This document shows, piece after piece, positions 9,784 to 15,783 of a stretch of 15,783 bases of DNA. Made by a program: the position numbers and the translations under genes. The notes beneath the pieces were generated by a model that was not told where the DNA came from, did no database searches, and saw only the letters and a list, made by a program, of their open reading frames with translations. The stretch is from assembly GCA_036149055.1 (NCBI GenBank), contig JAYZQJ010000072.1, positions 1-15,783 on the forward strand, read 5' to 3'. How positions within the stretch are numbered: the stretch's first letter is position 1; every line of letters starts with the position of its first letter. The stretch is from Myxococcota bacterium (GTDB lineage: Bacteria; Myxococcota_A; Polyangia; Polyangiales; Sandaracinaceae).

Positions 9784-11379
9784 TCACGAGGACCACGTGG
9801 CCTCGAAGACATCCATGGAGTCACCGAGCGCCGCCGCCGAGGCCAGCCGCACGTCGACGTCGGCCGCGCCCGCCATGCGGAGCGCCTGGTCGAGGTAGCC
9901 GGCGATCGCGACCGAGCGGGCGAGGAACGCGTCCGGCACGTTCGCGATCTCGAGCCGCCCGTAGCCGCGCCCGACCTTGACCACCCTCGGCTCGCCCACC
10001 GCGAAGTAGCGGGTCCAGAGCTCGGGCAGGAGCGAGAAGAAGAGCTCGGGGGTGAGCGTCTTGAGCAGCATGTCCCGGTCGCGCTGCATGAACGCGCGCG
10101 TCGCCAGGTAGCGCCCGGCCTCGGCCACGAGCTTGCGGTCCCCGGCGTACTGCTCCCGGTCCACCCGCTCGACGAGGGTCAGCGCGCCGCCCGGGTACCA
10201 GGCGTTCGGCACCAGGCCCGCCTTCACGATGGCCTCGATCTCCGGCTCGCTCGCGATCAGCTCGCGGAAGCGCGCCTCGCCGAGCTTCTCCTCCACGAAG
10301 CCGAGCAGCGCCCCGAGCGCCTCGCCCCGCACCACCGACGTGCTGCCCAGCGGCAGCTCGGGCGCCCGCTCTCCGCCCAGCAAGGCCTCCCGGGCCCGCA
10401 GCTCGCGCAGCTCCATCGTGAGCGTGTCGGTGGTCTCGAAGACGTCCTCCGGCGGCTCGGCCCCGAACGCGACGAGCGCCTCGCCCATCTCGCGGGCGGA
10501 CTGGAAGCGCCGCGCCGGATCCTTGGCGAGCGCGGTCCGGACGACGTCCTCGAGCCCCGCCGGCGCCTCGACCCCGAGCTCGGCGAAGGTCGGCGGGGGC
10601 AGCTCGGTGACCGCGCGGCAGAGCTCGGGGAAGCTCTCCTGGTCGAAGGGGAGCCGGCCGGCGAGCATCCGGTAGAGCAGGACGCCGACCGCGTAGAGGT
10701 CGACGCGCGCGTCGCGCACCCGGTTGCCCATCATCTGCTCGGGGCTCGCGTAGGTCGGCGTGCCCATCGCGCGCCCGGTCGGGGTGAGGTCGTGGGGGCC
10801 GCTCTGGTCCTGGGCCGCGTCGACGAACGCGGCCACGCCGAAGTCGAAGAGCTTGACCAGCTCCGGCCGGCCGGTGGCCCGGGTGAGCAAGATGTTCTCC
10901 GGCTTCAGGTCGCGGTGGATGATGCCCTCCTCGTGCGCGGCCTCGAGCGCCGAGAGCACCTGCCCCGCGATCGGCACCGCCCGCTCGGCGGGGAACGCGC
11001 CCGAGCCGCGGGCCGCCTGGTCCCGGAGGGCCTGCGCGAGGCTCTTGCCCCGCACGTACTCCATCACGATGAAGGGGGAGCCGTTCGGCTCGATCCCCAT
11101 GTCGAGGACCTCGATGATGTTCGGGTGCCCGACGCTCGCGGCCGCCCGCGCCTCGCGCTGGAAGCGGGTGACGCTGACCCCGTCGTCGGCCAGGTGCCCG
11201 TGCAGGACCTTGAGCGCCACCGTCCGGCCGATGCTGACGTTCTCGGCCTTGTAGACGGTCCCCATGCCGCCCCGACCGATCACCCGCCGGAGGCGGTACT
11301 TCCCGGCCACCAGCGCGCCGACGAGGCTCCGCGGGGGTGCCTCGATCGACCGCGCGCCGGTGGGGTCCGGGGTCAGCAC
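9784..11379 (-). CDS. Hanks-type Ser/Thr protein kinase with C-terminal DUF2378/H-NOX-V4R-like domain
   Basis: GRGGMGTVY, VALK, HPNI, HRDLKPEN, DFG, GTPTYASPEQ, DLYAVG. The ~185-aa C-terminus (VRGEAL...WYP...AEAGR...LWTRYF..G...AGYLDQAL..AGA...TW) resembles myxobacterial DUF2378-like proteins. No obvious transmembrane segment. Confidence 0.9.
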   Translation of the reverse strand: MLTPDPTGARSIEAPPRSLVGALVAGKYRLRRVIGRGGMGTVYKAENVSIGRTVALKVLHGHLADDGVSVTRFQREARAAASVGHPNIIEVLDMGIEPNGSPFIVMEYVRGKSLAQALRDQAARGSGAFPAERAVPIAGQVLSALEAAHEEGIIHRDLKPENILLTRATGRPELVKLFDFGVAAFVDAAQDQSGPHDLTPTGRAMGTPTYASPEQMMGNRVRDARVDLYAVGVLLYRMLAGRLPFDQESFPELCRAVTELPPPTFAELGVEAPAGLEDVVRTALAKDPARRFQSAREMGEALVAFGAEPPEDVFETTDTLTMELRELRAREALLGGERAPELPLGSTSVVRGEALGALLGFVEEKLGEARFRELIASEPEIEAIVKAGLVPNAWYPGGALTLVERVDREQYAGDRKLVAEAGRYLATRAFMQRDRDMLLKTLTPELFFSLLPELWTRYFAVGEPRVVKVGRGYGRLEIANVPDAFLARSVAIAGYLDQALRMAGAADVDVRLASAAALGDSMDVFEATWSS

Positions 11380-11544
11380 ATCCGGCTCCCCCGTCCCCCG
11401 GCGCGCGCGCGTTGAGGCCCGTTCACGAACGGCAGGATAGCTTCATCCGGGGAGGCGCCCAAGCGTCAGCCGATGGCGAGGCCGGTGGCGAGGCGGCGGC
11501 GAGCGCGAAACCACGCGCCGGAGCGCGCGATGACGCGGCGTCAT
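11380..11544. promoter_or_regulatory. Divergent promoter region with two palindromes
   Basis: 163-bp gap between divergent starts. CCGTTC-AC-GAACGG at 11419-11432 and ATGACGC-G-GCGTCAT at 11530-11544. No clean -35/-10 pair identified. Confidence 0.45.
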
Positions 11545-13150
11545 GCCCCGCACCTCCCCGCCCGCCCTCGCCTGCCTCCTGCTGACCGCCTGCCTCCGCG
11601 TGCCCCCCACGCCCGACGCCGGGCCCCCGCCCGAGGACGCGCCGCCCCCGCCCCCGCCCGCGTTCGCGCTGACCGGCGCCACGGTCGAGGACGCCCGCGG
11701 CGCGCCGTGGCCGCTCGGGGCCGCCTGCTCCTGGCCCACCGTCCGGCTCTCCGCCTCGCACGCGCTCTTCGACGCCGAGCCGGTCCTGCTGCTCGAGGGC
11801 GAGCCGGACGCGGACACCGAAGACGACCTGACCGCTCGGCCGCTCCGGGTGGCCACCGAGCGGCGGCGCGTCCCGTCGACGATCACGGTGGAGGGCGGGG
11901 AGATCACGATCCGCCCGGACGCGCGCCTCCGGGCCGGCGCGACCTACACCCTCGCCGTCGCCGCCTGGGCCCGCAGCGCGGTCACCGGAGACACCCTCGA
12001 GACCCCGTGGCTCGCCGCGCTCACCGTGAGCGCCAGCCCCGACGCCGGGGGCCGCGCGGTCGCCGCCTGGCCGCCGGACGGCGCCGACGCGGTCGACGCG
12101 AGCCTCGACGCGCTCTTCGTCGCCTTCGAGGGCGCGGTCCCGAGCCCGGCCGCGGGGGTCACGCTCCGGCGCGAGGGCGGCGAGGCGCTGGCGGTCGACG
12201 CGCACGATCTGCCCTGCGCCGACGCGGAGACCTGGCCCGAGGGGCGCTGCGCGGTGCTGCGGCCCCGGGCCCCGCTCGCCCCCGGGACCGCCCACGTGCT
12301 CGAGGTGAGCTCCGCGCTCCTCGACGCGACCGGCGCCCCGGTGGGCCCGTGGTCCGCGCGCTTCACGACCCGCCTCGACCCCGGCGCGCCGCCGGCCGCC
12401 CTGCCGCTGCCCTGTCACCCGGACGAGGTGGCGTTCGAGGGCGGCTGCGCCCGGCCCGACGACCGGAGCCTGACCCTCCGGGTGGCGGCCACCGAGGCGG
12501 TCCGGGTGCGGCTCGAGGCGGCGGGCCGGCAGGTCCTGGCGGTGGCGCCGCGGGGCGACGCGACCCTGCGGCTCGACGCGCTCTCGCCCGAGGCCACGGT
12601 GCGCGCCCACCTGACCTTCACCGACTACGCCGGCGAGCGGTGGGAGACCGACGTGGTGCTCGCCACCACCCCGCCGCTCGCCCCGGTCTCGGTGGTCGAG
12701 GTGCGCGCCGATCCGCTCGGGCCCGAGCCGCGCCAGGAGTACGTCGAGGTCCTGAACTGGGGCGCCGAGACGATCGACCTCCAGGGCTTCTCGATCACCG
12801 ATCGGCCCGAGAGCGAAGGCGACGTCGTGCCCCGGACGGCGCTCCTCGCCCCCGGGCAGCGCGCCCTCGTCGTCGGCGCCGCCTTCGACCCGGACGAGGG
12901 CTCCGACCCCGCGGTCCCGCCGGGCACGCCGCTGGTGCGCCTCGACGGCGCGCTGGGCACGGGCGGGCTCGCGAACCGGGGCGAGCCGGTGATCCTGCGG
13001 GACCCCGCGCTCCGCCGCGTCTCGGCCGCGCCGGCCGTCGGCCCCCCCGCGGCGGGCGTCTGCGTGGTACGTCGTTCCGAGGACCCGCGGAGCGGCGCCG
13101 CCTCGGCGTTCGCCACCGCGCCCTGCACCCCAGGCCGAGACTCTCCGTGA
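11543..13150 (+). CDS. Predicted lipoprotein with Ig-like domains and C-terminal lamin-tail domain (LTD)
   Basis: Signal peptide with lipobox LTAC (Cys17) and Pro-rich linker. Two Ig-like segments (ITIRPDARLRAGATYTLAV; VLRPRAPLAPGTAHVLEV...FTT). LTD signature VSVVEVRADP..EYVEVLN..TIDLQGFSITD...LAPGQRALV...LANRGE. Confidence 0.8.
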   Translation: MPRTSPPALACLLLTACLRVPPTPDAGPPPEDAPPPPPPAFALTGATVEDARGAPWPLGAACSWPTVRLSASHALFDAEPVLLLEGEPDADTEDDLTARPLRVATERRRVPSTITVEGGEITIRPDARLRAGATYTLAVAAWARSAVTGDTLETPWLAALTVSASPDAGGRAVAAWPPDGADAVDASLDALFVAFEGAVPSPAAGVTLRREGGEALAVDAHDLPCADAETWPEGRCAVLRPRAPLAPGTAHVLEVSSALLDATGAPVGPWSARFTTRLDPGAPPAALPLPCHPDEVAFEGGCARPDDRSLTLRVAATEAVRVRLEAAGRQVLAVAPRGDATLRLDALSPEATVRAHLTFTDYAGERWETDVVLATTPPLAPVSVVEVRADPLGPEPRQEYVEVLNWGAETIDLQGFSITDRPESEGDVVPRTALLAPGQRALVVGAAFDPDEGSDPAVPPGTPLVRLDGALGTGGLANRGEPVILRDPALRRVSAAPAVGPPAAGVCVVRRSEDPRSGAASAFATAPCTPGRDSP

Positions 13151-15297
13151 CGCGACCCCTCCCCTTCGACCGGCGCAAGCCGCGCGACGACGAGGTGCTC
13201 CAGGGCACCGTGGTCGAGCAGCGGTTCGCCAGCGCGGACGGCCGCTTCGCGGTGCTGCTCGTGCGGCGGGAGGCGGTCGACGAGGAGGTGTCGGTGGTCG
13301 GCGACGTGGCCGGGCTCACCGAGGGCGAGGACGCGCGCTTCCGCGGCCGCTGGGAGGAGCACGCCAAGTTCGGCAAGCGCTTCCGCGCGGTCGGCTGGAC
13401 GCCGGTGCTGCCCACGACCCACGCCGGCCTCCAGCGCTTCCTCGGCTCGGGGCTGATCCCCGGCGTCGGCCCGCGGCTCGCCCAGCGCCTCGTGGAGCGC
13501 TTCGGCGATCGCACCCTCGACGTGATCAGCACCCAGAGCGCCCGGCTCCGCGAGATCTCCGGCATCGGGAAGAAGCGCGCCGAGGCGATCGCGGAGGCGG
13601 TCCGCACCCGCCGCGCCGACGCCGAGAACCTCTCGTTCCTCGCGAGCCTCGGGGTCGGCCCGTCGCTCTCGCGCCGGCTGCTCGAGAAGTACAAGGACCG
13701 CACGGTGCACGTGCTGCGCGAGGACCCCTACCTCGCGGCGGAGGAGGTGCGCGGCGTCGGCTTCCGCACCGCCGACTCGATCGGGCGCGCCGCCGGCATC
13801 GGGGTGGACGACCCGCGGCGCGCGGCGGGCGCGGTGCTGCACCTCGTCGCCAAGGGCGCCGACGACGGCCACGTGTTCCTGCCCCGCGACGTCCTGCGGG
13901 CCCGGGCGAGCGAGCTGCAGGTGCCCGCGCCGCTGGTCGATCCCGCGGTCGAGGCGCTCGTGGCCCGCGACATGCTCGTGGCCGAGGAGGATCGGGTCTA
14001 CGCGCCCCCGCTCCACCGCGCGGAGGTGGCCGCCGCCGCGCTGCTCGGCGCCCTCGCCCGCCCCCGCGCCGGCCGGAAGGAGGCGGCCCGCGAGCTCCAG
14101 ATCTCGGACCTGCTCAGCGATCAGCAGAAGGACGCGGTCCGGCTCTCGCTGACCAGCGGCCTGATGGTGCTCACCGGCGGGCCCGGCACCGGCAAGACGA
14201 CCACCCTCGAGGCGATCGTCGAGGCGCACGAGAAGCTCGAGCTCCGGGTGACCCTCTGCGCGCCGACCGGCCGCGCGGCCAAGCGCATGAGCGAGGCGAG
14301 CGGCCGCGAGGCGAAGACCATTCACCGCCTGCTCGAGTGGAACCCGGTCACCGGCGACTTCAACAAGACCGCCGACGAGCCCCTCGCGACGGATCTGGTC
14401 GTGGTCGACGAGGCCTCGATGCTCGACCTCGTGCTCGGCCGCTCGCTCCTCGAGGCGATCCCCAAGAGCGCGAGCCTGGTCCTCGTCGGCGACGTCGATC
14501 AGCTCCCGCCGGTCGGCGCGGGCCAGCTCCTGCGCGAGCTGATCCGCTCCGAGGTCGCGCCGGTGATCCGCCTGAAGACCGTGTTCCGGCAGGCCCAGGA
14601 GAGCGCCATCGTGCGCGGCGCCCACGCGCTCTTGGACGGGAAGATCCCGACGCCGACCGAGCGCGGCCAGAAGGGGAGCGGCGACCTCTTCCTGATCCGC
14701 AGCCGCGATCCCGAGGTGATCATCGACAAGCTGCGCTCCACGCTGCAGCGCATCCCCACCGCCTACGGCCTCGACGCCAAGCGCGACGTGCAGGTCCTGG
14801 TGCCCATGCGCCGCGGCACCCTCGGCACCGAGAACCTCAACGCCGCGCTCCAGGAGGCGCTCAACCCCGGCCGCGGCGCCGCCGGCGCCTTCCGCACCGG
14901 CGACAAGGTCATGCAGCTCCGCAACGACTACGAGCGCGAGGTCTTCAACGGCGACATCGGCTGGGTCCAGTCGGTGGTCGACGGCGTGACCTACGTCGAG
15001 TTCGACACGGGCACCCGCAGCTACAAGGCCGACGACCTCGACGCCCTCACGCTCGCCTACGCGACCACCATCCACAAGTCGCAGGGCTCCGAGTTCCCGG
15101 CCGTCGTGCTCGTCCTGCACGGCGCCCACCACGTCCTCCTCTCCCGGGCCCTCGTCTACACCGCGGTCACCCGCGCCAAGCGCCTCGTCGTCATCGTCGG
15201 CGATCCGAGAGCCATCGCCCGGGCCGCCCGCACCACCGACACCCACGATTCGTTCTGTGAGCTCGCGTCGCGCCTCGCCCGCCTCGCCGATGGCTGA
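13147..15297 (+). CDS. recD2: ATP-dependent RecD2 (SF1B) DNA helicase, 716 aa
   Basis: GTG 13147 overlaps the upstream TGA (GTGA). N-terminal HhH motifs (IPGVGP, ISGIGKKRA, GVGFRTAD), Walker A GGPGTGKT, APTGRAAKR, TIHRLL, DEASM, GDVDQLPPVG, TIHKSQGSEF, YTAVTRAK. Confidence 0.95.
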   Translation: MTRPLPFDRRKPRDDEVLQGTVVEQRFASADGRFAVLLVRREAVDEEVSVVGDVAGLTEGEDARFRGRWEEHAKFGKRFRAVGWTPVLPTTHAGLQRFLGSGLIPGVGPRLAQRLVERFGDRTLDVISTQSARLREISGIGKKRAEAIAEAVRTRRADAENLSFLASLGVGPSLSRRLLEKYKDRTVHVLREDPYLAAEEVRGVGFRTADSIGRAAGIGVDDPRRAAGAVLHLVAKGADDGHVFLPRDVLRARASELQVPAPLVDPAVEALVARDMLVAEEDRVYAPPLHRAEVAAAALLGALARPRAGRKEAARELQISDLLSDQQKDAVRLSLTSGLMVLTGGPGTGKTTTLEAIVEAHEKLELRVTLCAPTGRAAKRMSEASGREAKTIHRLLEWNPVTGDFNKTADEPLATDLVVVDEASMLDLVLGRSLLEAIPKSASLVLVGDVDQLPPVGAGQLLRELIRSEVAPVIRLKTVFRQAQESAIVRGAHALLDGKIPTPTERGQKGSGDLFLIRSRDPEVIIDKLRSTLQRIPTAYGLDAKRDVQVLVPMRRGTLGTENLNAALQEALNPGRGAAGAFRTGDKVMQLRNDYEREVFNGDIGWVQSVVDGVTYVEFDTGTRSYKADDLDALTLAYATTIHKSQGSEFPAVVLVLHGAHHVLLSRALVYTAVTRAKRLVVIVGDPRAIARAARTTDTHDSFCELASRLARLADG

Positions 15298-15331
15298 GAA
15301 ACCAGGAAAGCCCCTCCGCCCCGTCCAACTC

Positions 15332-15387
15332 GCCACTCAGCCACTCAGCCACTCGCAGGAAGCGAGGAAGGTAGGAAGCGAGGAGGT
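15332..15387 (+). repeat. Short tandem repeats: (GCCACTCR)x3 and (AGGAAGCGAGGA[A]GGT)x2
   Basis: Read directly at 15332-15355 and 15357-15387. Confidence 0.85.
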
Positions 15388-15407
15388 ATGGCGACAGCAG
15401 TCGCCAT
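15388..15407. terminator. Perfect 8-bp hairpin downstream of recD2, possible terminator or REP-like stem
   Basis: ATGGCGAC-AGCA-GTCGCCAT. No U-tract follows. Confidence 0.3.
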
Positions 15408-15422
15408 CAGCCCAAGCCTGGG

Positions 15423-15482
15423 CCGAGTCCGAGACCGAGTCCGAGACCGAGACCGAATCGGAGACCGAATCCGAGACCGACT
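15423..15482 (+). repeat. Hexamer microsatellite, consensus CCGAGA, 10 units
   Basis: ccgagt ccgaga ccgagt ccgaga ccgaga ccgaat cggaga ccgaat ccgaga ccgact. Confidence 0.92.
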
Positions 15483-15512
15483 CGCCCTCCACCACCGTCA
15501 GCCAGAGTGACC

Positions 15513-15659
15513 CCGCCGGCGAGCCCCCATCCCGCCGCCACCCAGCCCCTTTGCGCCTTTGCGCCTTTGAGAGAGCCAATTTGCTCCCGCAGCACCCGCC
15601 ACCAAGCGCACGACCAGGTGGCCGCCGGCCAGCCCCCATCCCGAGGCCACCCCACCCCT
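15513..15659 (+). repeat. 38-bp direct repeat, two copies (15513-15550 and 15622-15659); copy 1 runs into (CTTTGCGC)x2 CTTTGAGA
   Basis: ccgccggcgagcccccatcccgccgccacccagcccct vs ccgccggccagcccccatcccgaggccaccccacccct, 33/38 identical, offset 109. Octamer run at 15549-15572. Confidence 0.85.
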
Positions 15660-15783
15660 GTCGAGTAGCCCCGCCCCCTCACGGAGGCGGGGCCCTCACC
15701 AGATCCGGACTAGGAGATTTCCACCATCCGGCTCCTCCGCCGAGCTCGCCTCATGCAGACCAGATGTCGACTCGGATCGAGGG
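15660..15783 (-). mobile_element. Group II intron, 3' end (domains V and VI), truncated by the window edge
   Basis: The minus strand reads GAGCCGGATGGTGGAAATCTCCTAGTCCGGATC (DV, 15734-15702, AGC triad, GAAA loop). It continues TGGT-GAG-G-GCCCCGCCTCC-GTGA-GGGGGCGGGGC-T-A-CTC-GAC (DVI with GNRA loop and bulged branch A at 15666) and ends in AC at 15660. Confidence 0.92.
15751..15783 (-). CDS. ltrA: C-terminal tip of the group II intron-encoded reverse transcriptase/maturase (partial)
   Basis: The minus frame reads PSIRVDIWSA-stop, ending 16 nt before DV. This is the expected position for an intron-encoded protein, and the PxIxVxIW ending resembles those I recall from endonuclease-less IEPs. 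Only 10 codons are visible. Confidence 0.65.
   Translation of the reverse strand, partial: PSIRVDIWSA

Noticed and set aside
11473..13146. 1274-aa giant RecD2 fusion
   Set aside because: The first ~558 aa are an off-frame shadow of the lipoprotein gene. RecD2 starts at GTG 13147.
15388..15510. 40-aa ORF MATAVAISPSLGRVRDRVRD... after AGGAGGT, and minus ORFs 15337-15639 and 15407-15682
   Set aside because: The SD-like sequence abuts the ATG, the start is buried in a hairpin, and the peptides are just translated microsatellite.
15332..15659. CRISPR array
   Set aside because: Repeats are contiguous microsatellites or only two copies, with no repeat-spacer periodicity and no cas genes.
15667..15693. 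Rho-independent terminator (strong GC hairpin)
   Set aside because: Better explained as group II intron domain VI: it follows DV and has the bulged A and terminal AC.

Overview
Very high-GC bacterial DNA. Gene content (Hanks kinase with a DUF2378/H-NOX-like tail, MinD/FlhG-J-HTH fusion, maf-yggS, lamin-tail lipoprotein-recD2) suggests a myxobacterium, probably Polyangiales/Sandaracinaceae-like; this is inference. Layout: (+) a 5'-truncated degenerate M3-like peptidase homolog and pepP; (-) an accessory block of four orphan/ankyrin genes containing a ~290-bp hairpin-rich non-coding segment; (-) a gene run Ser/Thr kinase > HNH nuclease > MinD/FlhG-like ATPase fused to an HPD-less J-like domain and a RodZ-type HTH > maf > yggS; (+) an Ig-like/lamin-tail lipoprotein coupled to recD2; then a mosaic of short tandem repeats. 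The window ends inside a group II intron on the - strand that the ORF track misses: last 10 codons of the intron-encoded protein, domain V, domain VI with branch A, and 3' splice site at 15660. Most striking: the intron sits exactly at the end of one copy of a 38-bp direct repeat, and a second, apparently empty copy lies 109 bp away and continues into a CTTTGCGC repeat. This suggests the intron homes into a repeated extragenic element.
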